The translations under genes and the position numbers were made by a program. A stretch of 64,000 bases of DNA from Octopus sinensis (Eukaryota), in NCBI RefSeq assembly GCF_006345805.1, contig NC_042997.1, forward strand, positions 128,774,001 through 128,838,000, read 5' to 3'. This document shows positions 1 to 11,412 of the stretch, piece by piece. Within the stretch, counting starts at the first letter, position 1. Every line of letters begins with the position of its first letter. The notes beneath the pieces are model-generated. The model was given only the letters and a program-made list of their open reading frames with translations. It made no database searches and was not told the DNA's origin.

Positions 1-339
1 TTTTTACATGACACCGGCACTGATGTCTGTCAGGCACTACTGGTATCAGCCACACCAATGATTGTAAAATACACACACACTCACACATTACTTGTTTCTA
101 TCTATCAGGTCCATATATATATGTGTGTGTGTGTGTGTGAACCAGTGATTGGCCTATTAGAAATCTATAACAAATATGACTATTCTTCACAAATGCTTGT
201 TATAAATAAAGAAAATATGTAAATAACAATGAAAAACCATAAACACTTCAATGATCCTCTCATTTTATCCTCATGCTGGACTGTTGGATCAATAACAAAA
301 GACGACTGTACTTATTTTATGAACCAGAGTGGTGCCAGT

Positions 340-492
340 CTCCTTGAAATCATACCCTACCATCTTAGAAAAAGGACGCATTAAACTATGTAGTCTAGAT
401 ATACAAAATGATTATTGAATAGTCATGGGTGGAATGCCTTTGATCATAGATTTGCTCAATTAGTGCTGACCTGGTGCTAAACAACAACAACT
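340..492 (+). mobile_element. Short interspersed repeat with (CAA)n tail (unclassified SINE-like family)
   Basis: Motif ...GGTCATGGNTGGAATGCCTTTGATCATAG...TGACCTGGNGCTAAACAACAAC recurs at ~30100-30272, 38895-39082, 52070-52150, 56222-56375 and 61970-62124 (+), and ~24250-24410 and 41240-41420 (-). Confidence 0.65.
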
Positions 493-2171
493 GATGCAGA
501 GGTGTCAGTATTATCATATAAATATCAGATACCTCCCTTTCTCCCACTTTTCTTAGAGTTGTATAAGCAAGATGTAGACAAGACATCAGTAGTTGAATGA
601 CAAAGCTAAATCAATAAATTCATTTGGTACAGTTGATTTCTTAAGAAATCTCTATCTTACCATGTTGTCATTTAACTGAATAGGTTTAACAACACAGCTT
701 GTTCACATATTCTCTTTATAACTATCGCAACCAGTTAATGTTTCAAGAGTAGAATGCAGCTATATTTTAACAGGATTTTTCTCACTTTATGACCAATAAA
801 ATTCATTAGTTTCTCAGTGAGTTCTATATTTGCATATATGATAGGTCATTATTTCCTCATTTTCTCCTTCTCCAAGCTAATTTAAGCAAGTCTATTGCTT
901 TGAGCTATTTTTGTTTATTATATACAGTAAACTTCACTCATAATTGTTTCATAGAAGGATGATGGTATCTCTTTACTAAAGAGATCATTTTTTCCGTCTA
1001 TTATTGTGGTTTCAATTTTTATGAGACTTTTTTGTTTCATTCTGCAAATTGTGTCAGTGTTAGATTTTTATTTTAATCTAGGGGTTATTGAGTTGCTGAG
1101 TCATGTGACAATGAAACATCTTTCTCATAATAAAATTTATATTTTGGTACTAGCCTGTATAAGGAGATAGAGATAAAGGACTGCCAAGGTACTGAGTTAC
1201 TGAAGTATCGAGGTACTGCCCTACCAAGGTACTGAGCTACTGAGGTAATTAGTAATGCAAGTAATGAAGTATATGCACATACTTAAAATAATGCATTTGT
1301 AGCAAATCACTTATAATAATATGTATAACTATACTTTTGGTGTATTAACAATACAAACTCACATTCACAAATTTGATCAGCAGCTTATTTAAGGATCAAT
1401 CAATGACATGCCTCTGTGTTCACAACAGCTCTATTTCAGTTAATTTGCTAGTGATTCTGGCAAACTTCAGTGACATTCCTTTACAGTGATATTCTTTTAA
1501 AAGGGTTTGCCACTAAACTGCATTTCATGGAAATGATATGCTGTTCAAACTATCTTCTGTTGAATGAAAATTGTTTGCCAATAACAGATTCAAGCCATAC
1601 GTGTTCCGGATTGAACATTGCTTACTACTGTGATGATGGAAGTCAAAATTATTCGAGAAATAAAGAAAAAAAAAGCAATGAACTATTCTAAGCAAATGAC
1701 ATTATAAAAGAAAGAGTCAATTTACTCCTTTCTCTTCTCGTTTTAAATGAAGTCACTTCACCATACACTGAGTTGTTTATGTGTTACCAAACCATTAGCC
1801 AGGAGCAAGCTGATTCACTTCACCTTCTTTCTTTTTCCTTCAAACTACCACATGAACTAACTGTACCACAAGAGCCATCATAACCTTTAATTCTCTACCA
1901 CAGATCTCTCTTATCAGCTTGTCTAAACTATTGGGCATGTTTTAAGCTGAACGAACAGCCCCCATAAAAAGATTGTTTATTTTCTCTCTCATTTTTAACA
2001 TTGTGACATTATTTGCTCTAACATAATGCATCGCTAAGAGAAACCATAATTCACAAACACCATATATAACACATTTTCTACACATGAATTTTTTAATGAA
2101 CATTGATACCTGAACATTTGTATAACCCATTTCTATGAACACATGAGGCTGTTTCTTTTCTTTTCTGATGT

Positions 2172-2216
<45 letters not shown>

Positions 2217-2896
2217 TGTGTGTGTGTGTGCATGCATGTGTGTGTGTGTATTTGAATTGCTGCTGTTTTATAATGCTTTGAACTGCTGTTTTATATCACT
2301 TTGAATTATCCCATCACTTAGGCTGAACAGATCTATATGCAAGGTGGAAGGTGGAAAATAATGCAAAATTTATATATATATATATATAAAATTACTCTTC
2401 ATTTTCCTATACTTTATTTTACCATACATTTATTTTAAAATTATATGTATGTATTGTAGGTGCAGGCATGGCTTTCTGGCTAAGGAATTCACTTAGTAAT
2501 GCATGGCACTATGGGCAAGTGTGTTCTACTATAATCTCAGGTTGACTAATGCCTTCTGAATGAAATTTGGTAGACAGAAAATATACAGGTCCATTTCTGT
2601 GTGCGCGCACGTGTGTGTGTGTGTGTCTTTACATTGATACTGCATGGAGAGTGATGAAGTTTGAGTTCCATATAAACTGTGCCCAGCTGCTCCTTTTGAT
2701 GCCTTATCCAACCTATATCAGCATGGAAAAGTGAATGCAAATGTGATGATGGTGATGCTTATTTTACAGAAATTACTAAATTTAATGTAGTGTGGAATAA
2801 AAGAAAATGTGTCTTTACAGTTAAACTACTGGTGCATTCCACATGGCATGTTTAAAAAGAGAACAATTTTAAGTTTTAAAATTTACAAAATGTTTT

Positions 2897-2944
<48 letters not shown>

Positions 2945-3149
2945 TTTTGATAGACTTTATATAAATATATATATATACTCTTTTACTCTTTTACTCTTTT
3001 ACTTGTTTCAGTCATTTGACTGCGGCCATGCTGGAGCACCGCCTATATTTATATAAAGTCTATCAAAAGATGTATACACGCTTCAGGAAGGAAAGAAAAT
3101 GTGTAGAAGTATTTTAATACTAGATTCATTCAGAAATTATAGGATTAAT

Positions 3150-3725
3150 TCAAATTGCCTTTAACCCTTTTTGCCTTATTTCAGAATAGTGAACCAACAT
3201 AGTTGTGTTTACTGAGTACCAGAAAATCCTTGCTTGCATGTAGACAAGGTAATCAATGCACCAGGGGTAAATGTGTAGTATGGAATGTCATCAAGAGGTT
3301 TAATAGAACCAATTTTCTTGGAGGCATCCCCAGACATGCTACACATGTCAATTTTACCTGCCCTACATGCACTTTATGGAAATGATTAATTTTTCTTTCA
3401 ACATGATGGTGCACCACCACACTACTGCTGAGACATGCAAGCTTACTTGAATAAAAATATGCAAGAACACTGGAGAGGATGAAGAAGTGCAAATGAGTTT
3501 CCCAGATGTTCTCCCAATTTAATGCCTGCAGACTTTTACTTATTGAATACTTTAAAGGATATTGTGTATCACAGAAAACTAGTTATACTGACAGACCTTC
3601 AGGAAGAAACTGAAATGATATGTGCAGCAATCCTACAGGACAATCTTGCCAACATTGCCCAAGCAGTAGCTTGCCATACTAATAAGTGTCTTTGAAGCTA
3701 ATGGTCACACTTCATGCAGCTCTTG
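3150..3725 (+). mobile_element. Decayed Tc1/mariner-superfamily transposase, DD41D (rosa/Visitor-like) catalytic region
   Basis: Manual translation gives NQHSCVY*VPENP..APGVNV*YGMSSRGLIEPIFLE..FFFQHDGAPPHYC*DMQAYLNKNMQEHWRG*RSANEFPRCSPNLMPADFYLLNTLKDIVY. There are 41 codons between Asp at 3405 and Asp at 3531, with in-frame stops. Confidence 0.85.
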
Positions 3726-3762
3726 TAATTGTAGAGGTTAAAGGTCATTTGTACTAATTCAA

Positions 3763-4135
3763 ATGCTGGGCCTCACAGATGAGATGACAAGGAACCAAAA
3801 CTTTTGACAGTTTGTTATGCTTAAGAAGACACATTAACTAAGTAATTTCATAGCTGTTCTTGCATACAGGCATGTCCTTTACATCCCTCTTCAGCTGAGC
3901 AGTCCTAATCTTGCGGGTTCATGGATACTAGTGCCACGTAAAAAGCACCCATGTCAGTGTCATGTAAAGGCATCTGTGCCTGTGCTGCATAAAAGCACTC
4001 AGTACACTCTATAAAGTGGTTGGCATTAGGAAAGGCATCCAGTTGTAGAAACCATGCCAAAGAGACATGGAGCCAGCTCTGGTCAAATTGTCCAACCCAT
4101 GCTAGCATGGAAAACAGATGTTAAATGATGATGAT
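3763..4135 (+). mobile_element. 3' end of RTE-clade LINE (ORF C-terminus remnant, 3'UTR, (GAT)n tail)
   Basis: MLGLTDEMTRNQNF*QFVMLKKTH resembles the RTE C-terminus also seen at 52760-52822. It is followed by GGAAAGGCATCCAG...CCAACCCATGCTAGCATGGAAAACAGATGTTAAATGATGATGAT. Confidence 0.7.
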
Positions 4136-4146
4136 AGGTGTGTGTG

Positions 4147-4229
<83 letters not shown>

Positions 4230-4240
4230 TATATATATAT

Positions 4241-4568
4241 CATCATCATCATCATTTAATATCTGTTGTCCATGCTGGCATGGATTGGACAGTTTGACCA
4301 GGGCTGAAAGGTCTGCACCAGATTCCTGTTTGATTTGGCATGGTTTCTATGGCTGGATGCTTATGTGCCACGACTGCACTTTTACTTGGTTTGATGAGTC
4401 TTCTTCTCAAGTACGAGATAATGCCAAAGATCTTGGTCATTCGTCATTGCCTCTGTGAGGCCCAACACTTGAAAGGAGCATTCACATGCCACCAGCATCA
4501 AATACTTTGTCTCCAAGATGCCCAACGCACAAAAGGTGCTTTTTACATGCCACCTGTATGGGTGCCAG

Positions 4569-4570
<2 letters not shown>
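4241..4570 (-). mobile_element. RTE-derived 3' fragment, opposite orientation
   Basis: (CAT)n tail at 4241-4254. The minus strand reads [30 protein letters not shown], and the same 3'UTR motifs as 3763-4135 are present. Confidence 0.7.
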
Positions 4571-4621
<51 letters not shown>

Positions 4622-4947
4622 ATATGTATATATATATGTGTGTGTGTGTGTGTGTATATGTATATATGCATATGTATATATGTATATGTGTATATGTATA
4701 TATGCATATGTATATATGTATATGTATATATGTATATATATATTTATATATGTATATATATGTATATATAAATAAATCTATTACTTTGTTTTAGAAATTG
4801 TATTTGTGCATAATAAAATTCTAAATAAGAGTTTGCAAGATGCTTAAGCATTAGTATAGATTTTCTAAAACTTAAAATTATATATTGAAAAAAAAATCAG
4901 TAGTGTTGCAGTTTAATGCAGTATACTGTTTGAAAACCACTACTACA

Positions 4948-5056
4948 GTGTGTTGCTAATGCATCTGTGTTTCTAATACAGTTATATTGCTAGCACAGTT
5001 GTTGGGCCAATACTATTGTGTTGCCAATCCAGTTGTGGTGGCAATACAGTTGTGTT
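4948..5056. repeat. Degenerate 17-bp minisatellite (TGTGTTGCCAATACAGT-like)
   Basis: About six diverged units are visible in tandem. Confidence 0.7.
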
Positions 5057-6086
5057 AAAGGGAAAGAGAATATGAGAATGTAGATAGCTGGCCTGTTGAT
5101 TAGAACATCTTGTTTAAATACCTTTGTTGATGATATTTGCCTAAAGAGTGTTAGTTTGGAAGGAGATTTTTCTCATATAATGGCAGAATACTTGATTATT
5201 AAGGTTAGCGTTGCGATCCTATCTCATTTGCCCCTGGTTCTTCTTGTTTCTTCTAAAACCCTTTATTTTCATTAGTGACTGAAAAGGAAGTCTTCAATTT
5301 TTCAAAGACAGACATGGTATAAAAGAAGTTTGATTTTTGCAGTTGTCAGTTGTTGTTTTGTTGCACAATGAGACAACAGATCAATAGCTGAGTTTTAATC
5401 ATATAGAAGATCCCTAATGTCGCCCTAGGCAATATACTGTAACATTATCCTTGATTCTTATCAAATCTTCAATGTTAACATCCTTTATCTGATAAAGGAA
5501 TCAGTTTTACAATATTTACTTTCTCTGCTTGCCTCATTCACATTTCATTTCATGTAACACGAGACATTCCTTCAGAATTGTGCTAACAAATAGCCATGTA
5601 ACAGTTGAAGTTCCTTCAGACTTGTGTTAACAAATAAGTCACAGTTGAACAAAAAAATAAAAAGCTAATACTGTTGTCATTGACAACAACATATATATGT
5701 GTATGTGTGTGTCTGTATATATATATATATGTATATATTGTGAAAAGGCAAAGAAGCATGTATGTTCATTTCCAACAAGCTATCTAGGCTGTAGCATTTA
5801 TTAATTTGAACACAGTGATGACCTCAATGACATTAAGTCAACACAGGCTTCAGATATCACCAGCTTACCATAAGATGTGCTAAAATTAATGGGATTTCCT
5901 CCTTCTCACAGAGGAAGTCACCAGGAAAAAGAAAAACAGTTATTTCTATAAATAAGGAATGAGATTTGGTTGGGACTTTTTTTAACTTTGTCTCCAACAA
6001 ATTTTTGTTAACAAATTTGAATTTGGCACTGCCATCAAATGTTAGCCTCATAGAAAATTATTATTATTATTAGTAGTAGTAGTAGT

Positions 6087-6127
<41 letters not shown>

Positions 6128-6159
6128 CCAACAATAATCATTTCATCATAGTCAACTAT

Positions 6160-6357
6160 GATGAATGAGAAATACATAGGTTTGGGGCAATGAAGAAAAT
6201 GGACATAATACCAATAGTGATTGGTGCACTTGAAAGTATCAGTACACAACTATCAACACGACTCAAAAAGATTAAAACTAATGTAAAGATAGAAAACCTT
6301 GAAAAATCATCTTTGCTTGGTACTGCAAGAGTTCTCCACAGGATTCTTGAAGCCTGA
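6160..6357 (+). mobile_element. R4/Dong-like (RLE-type) non-LTR retrotransposon C-terminal fragment
   Basis: Translates to MKKMDIIPIVIGALESISTQL...ENLEKSSLLGTARVLHRILEA*, matching the IPIVIGALG...LQK..LLGTARILR terminus of RLE-type LINEs. It lies beside a (TTA)/(TAG)n tract. Confidence 0.75.
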
Positions 6358-6434
6358 TCGGTAAACAAGTGTCACCTTAGTATGCTGGCTGTGGACAAGA
6401 GAAAGCTGAGATATTTCATATAATAATATTTTGG

Positions 6435-7008
6435 GACAGCCAGGAAAACAATTAACCACCTTATTTCTGGATGCTCTATGCTTGCTTCAAATGAATATAT
6501 TAATTGCCCTGATAGACTTGGCTAGTATTTGCATTGGGTTGTCTAGACTCCCACATGAGAAGAACTGATGAAAACATACACCTACCAAAGTAGTAGAAAA
6601 TAAAAATATTTACCATTCTTTTGAAATTTAGTATCCAAACTGATCATGCTATACAGGTCTGTAGACCAGATATTGGGTAAAAAAAATTTACAGTGACAAA
6701 ACATATCTGCTAATAGACATGTGAATCCCAGCAAACTGCAACACTTCTGTAAAAACATTTCAAAAGTTAAGTAAATATAAGGACCTTGAAATAGAGGTCT
6801 CAGAAATGTGGCAACTAGACCTGTGATCATCAAAGCTTTGAAAACAATACTTAAAAGGTGCTCTTAAACACATCGGCCAAATATCAGGAAACCTAAAGGT
6901 ATCAGAACTACAAAAAATTGTTCTCATCAGTATTATCCACATCCTAAGAAAGATTTTGTCAACTTTAAAATACCTGATGATTATGATGATAATAATAATA
7001 ATAATAAT
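6435..7008 (+). mobile_element. Second R4/Dong-like LINE 3' remnant ending in (TAA)n
   Basis: KTINHLISGCSMLASNEYINCPDRLG*YLHW (CCHC zinc-knuckle region), then KDLEIEVSEMW...SELQKIVLISIIHILRKILS, followed by (TAA)n at ~6990-7008. Confidence 0.75.
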
Positions 7009-7215
7009 ACTTGTTTCAGATTTAGGTACATGGCTAGCAGTTTTGAAAAAAAGGGATTAATCAATATCACTAACCTCAATACTTGATAACTACTTTATTT
7101 TATCAACCTCAAAAGGATGAAATGCAAAGATAAGCTCAATGGGATTTGAACTCAATGTAAAGAGGCACAAGAAATATTGCAAGGCATTTATCTAACACTC
7201 TAATGACTGTCAACT

Positions 7216-7700
7216 TAATAATAATAATAATAATAATAAAATACCTTGATGCAGTACCAGGCAATGGCTCTCAGGGCTTCTGGTCTTGGTATAAAGGATG
7301 GGCTACAGTTAATATTCTGCTCAATACCACAGATTTGCTTGTCAGTTGTTTGACCATGACCAGTTGAGCATGTCTCTTGGTGGCTGATGATGTGTGCATC
7401 TCTGATCATGATGAGAAGTAGTGGGTACCATAACCATGTGTTGAGAGGAATTCTTTGGAATTTGAATAATTCACCTTTGGAAACATGATTGTTTCATTCA
7501 ACCCTTATTCAGAGACCTTTTGAGCAGGATGGTCTCCTCAACCTGAAGAAAATTCTAACTGGGCCCCACTTTCAGGGTCATGCACTGTTTATCTTGATAT
7601 GAGATCACTATGTTGTGCACAATGGTTGTGATGCATGTTGGGTATACTGAGCTTTGTATATTTTACCCCAGTGTCACTTTGATAGCATGCACTACCCTCT
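7216..7700 (-). mobile_element. Unclassified interspersed repeat with (TTA)n tail
   Basis: GC-richer ~480-bp block ending on the minus strand in a (TTA)n run. No recognisable protein motif, and only one copy in the window. Confidence 0.35.
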
Positions 7701-8004
7701 TATTCAATAATAGTAATTATAATAGACAGAGATAGATGATAGTAGGCCTCTTTCAGTTGTAACCAATATGAGTAAATTCTATGATCCAAACCTGAGCACA
7801 ATCTTGGGTTCAGATATGGTGATACTCCTCTTGGCAGTGCTAGTGCAATCTGCAATCCAGAAACATAAGTGTCATCAAATATATCAATAAATAGTGATGT
7901 GAGTACTAATTTATGTAATGGCAATAGCTTATCTGCACGTATTGACAAATGAGGACCGCAACAATATTTTCAATAGCAAATTTGTTACTGTCAATTTTAT
8001 CCTT

Positions 8005-8292
8005 CATTCGTTTCAGTCATTGGACTGTGACTATGCTAGGGCTTTACCTTAAAGGCTTCAGTCAAACAAATCAACCCCAGAACTTATATTTTGAGTCTGA
8101 TATTTATTCTCTTGGTCTCTTTTGCTGAACAACTAAGTTACAGGGTATGTAAATGAACCAACACTAGTTGTCAAGTGGTGGTAGGGGAACAAACACAAAG
8201 ATACACATGTGCACATATACACAGATATATGCATACATTATGTATATGTTATGAAGGGCTTTCACAGTTTTCATCTATCAAATTCACTCACA
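8005..8292 (-). mobile_element. SINE fragment (3' half of the tRNA-headed family)
   Basis: TTTCAGTCATTGGACTGTGACTATGCT...CAAATCAACCCCAG...CTAAGTTACAGG...AAATTCACTCACA matches 46168-46533. Confidence 0.7.
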
Positions 8293-9779
8293 GCCAGAGA
8301 TAAAATCACAGAATATTTGTTGAAATGATTGTGTCACTTAGAGCTTCATTCTCTGAAGAAAAGAGTAGTGTGATGTTTATATGGCAAGGTTCCATGTTTT
8401 ATATCTTCATTAACTCTGTCATCAGTTAAAATAGTAATCAAAATATCACATAAGACCAAAGTTTTATGTTCATATTCTAGAAATAACAGAAATACATAGT
8501 ATTCTGTGATTTCTATAGAAACATAGTGTTATATATATATATTTGTAGATCAATGTAGCAAATGAATATATGATGTTGCAAGACTAAAAATATACATTTA
8601 CATAGTATGTAGATAACTTTATGTTGCTGACTTCATTCAGATGCTATCCGTTGTCTGTTCTGTAAACTGAACGGATATGAAGTCTTTTGAATTTCTTAAT
8701 CACTGTTAAAGGTAAATATTTTCATAGGAAAATATTTACCTATTTTCATTCAATCATAATTACTCAAGTAATGCTGACTCTGTTTACTCAGCAACAACAA
8801 CATTAACAACAAGTATAATCTCGTGCTTAAGTGCAGTTAACCACAGTTACTCATCAACAAAACATTTTATTCTTTGTTAAGATTTAGTTTCAGCACACAA
8901 TTGATGGTATCCCTGCTTTTTAAATATGATACTTTATATAAAACTTTCTACTTGATAAACATTAAAAAAATATATATACTGGTTTTATTCTGGTTATTTC
9001 ATTTAATTCCATTAAAATTAAATATCATTAGTCTAGTTTATATTAGAATTTCTGCAGAATATTGCTGTATTTGATGAAGTATTTTGTGAATATTTCTGTT
9101 TCTTACCACTCCTCTATAGATCTTAACATTACACACACACATACACACACACAAGCTGCATTTCATCAAGGAAACGTATCTTGTCTTTATTGATTTATGC
9201 CTAATCTCTGTTGTCTTCAATAGATTTACTGCTTCATTCAGCTGGCTAGTTGCACGATTGATGTGACAAGCACTTTTCCTCATCACTATATCTTCATTCG
9301 GGTGGAGGTTGTTTCTGCTATTATTAACATAAGTAATGATAGTTTTGATACTTTGTTGTACTCTTCGCCAACTATTGAAGAGAATTAGCAAAGCATAACT
9401 TTTGTCATTTAAAAAGGAATAATGGAAAGAAATGTTGAGATAGATATCTGTATGGTTGTTTGTGATAATGACCATCTACCATGGAACTAACAGATAAAAC
9501 AATTTTGGTAAGTGCTATCACTCCCATACACACTTCAGAAAAATAGAATGAGTGCATTAAGTACACATATAAGGCATTACTTATAATGCTGTAGAATTTT
9601 TTTTCTTTTTTTACGGTCAACCAGTTCAAATCTGGAGGTACAAAAAACTACCACATTCTCTCTCTTTATTCTGAATCATATATAAACATTATAGTTACTT
9701 AGCAGATTTGGTGCACTGAGAGCTAACTTTACATCAGCTATATTTTGATGTTTAATTAATTTTATAGTTGAGGTTATAG

Positions 9780-10460
9780 CCTAATTCATCTTTTAACTTC
9801 ATAACCTATAAGTGTTTTATTCAAACCAATCTCCTGCCTTGCTACAAATTTCAAGATACTTGTAGAATTCTAATTGATTCTTCAAATTCCAAACTTACTC
9901 AGAATTTAATTACACTAGGTGAATCTGATTGTTCACTTTTCTTATAAATCTTTCCAGTTTTCTAAAAATTCTCTGCTAGAAACAATTTTTCATGTTCAGT
10001 CACATAATACAGCTAAAAATCAACGGGCCAATAAAACAGTGCTTCTTGTACCACTGAGAACATAAAATCTCATCAAATGAAACTTCTTTTAACTGATGGG
10101 CATGGGTGACATAGTTCAAAAGTTTCTAAGACAAAACAATTGTTGTATGTCTTTAGTTGTTTAAAAATGTTCTCTTGCTATAACATTCTTGTATCACATT
10201 TAAAAATATTTTGGTGGTAATATTACTTGTGGTCCACTCCCCTGTTCTGCAGAGAACTCTTGTATACCAGCTGAGTAGACAACTTTGTATGTTAACCATT
10301 AAAGTTACAGCTTAAACCATATAATCTATGAGACAATTTCAATGTTTTTCTATCAACTCTTTTCATCAGTCTAAGAATCATTCCTGGTCTTTACAAACTT
10401 TATGCAAGTGTTGCAGCAACAGACAAATATTCTATACCTATTTATAGCTAACTCTCCTCT
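9780..10460 (-). mobile_element. Highly decayed CR1/L2-like reverse transcriptase remnant
   Basis: The minus strand near 10010-10130 shows frameshifted traces of KAFDxVxH and SGVPQGxVLGPLLF (CAGTGGTACAAGAAGCACTGTTTTATTGGCCCGTTGATTTTT). Boundaries are uncertain. Confidence 0.4.
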
Positions 10461-11412
10461 ACTTTCATAGTTTAGTTCTACACTACAAGACTTTCTTGAA
10501 TGGCTGTAAATTTGTAGCTATTTTTCTTCTAAAACTATTGTTGAAATTCTAAACTCTGCTATAAATGTGATGATATTCTGGTCAACTTTATACAATCTAA
10601 ATTTATTTTGAAATTTTCATCACTTTTAATATCTGTCAAATTGACAAGACACAAGAAAATATTTATTACTTTGAAACTAAATTCAGTGTTAGTTATGAAT
10701 GTAAAATAAATTAATTAAAAATGCATTAATTTTCATAAAAATCAACTACTTATTAATTCTTATATTGAGTTGATATGAAAGGACATCATGTACTTAGATT
10801 ATGTCACTAACCTCTACAAAAATATATGTAATGTGTACCACACTACACCACAATTCCATTCTATGTTAATGTGGGATATAATATAGGGGAATGTGAGTGT
10901 GTGTACATATATATGTATATGTATGGTGTAGCTTTGCCCTGCCTAGGGAAGCTGCACTGACAGAGGTGCAACCTCTGATGAACAAGACAGAGTTGCAGGA
11001 GCATAGAGAAAACATGAACTGTGCAAGTCCAGAGCCAACTCTTTGCCTTCAGTCCCAGTAGACCATCAGTGTCCAACTTGTAGTAGAGTCTTCTGAGCAT
11101 GCATCAGACTGATTAACCATAGTTAGACATAGTATGACTCATTTTTTCTCCTCTGTAATGTCCTTGGTCACCTTCAACAATGATAGATGAAAATTATCAT
11201 TATGATATATATATGTATGTATATGCATGTGGACATGAGTCTTCTTGAGATGATATCATGCATTAGTTATAGGTGAGCATCACCATCATACAGGCAATGT
11301 CTTTAGTCTCCATGTCCAGCCATAGGAAAATATTTCTTTACTTGAAAACAGGCAAAGGTTGGTGATAGGAAGAACTCTCTTGTAGAAAGAAATTTGACAG
11401 ACACAAAGCAAA

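Noticed and set aside
1588-1691. Possible cysteine-containing exon (DSSHTCSGLNIAYYCDDGSQ) after an AACAG acceptor, vaguely LDL-A-like
   Set aside because: Cys and acidic spacing do not fit LDL-A or EGF repeats, there is no convincing donor before the stop, and the pyrimidine tract is poor.
4138-4794. ORFs of 85-143 aa rich in Y/I/C/V
   Set aside because: They are translations of (TA)n/(TG)n microsatellites and an RTE fragment.
10925-11105. GC-richer block containing CTGATGA...GAAA (hammerhead or exon candidate)
   Set aside because: No stem II or stem III complementarity, no splice-bounded open frame and no recognisable domain.
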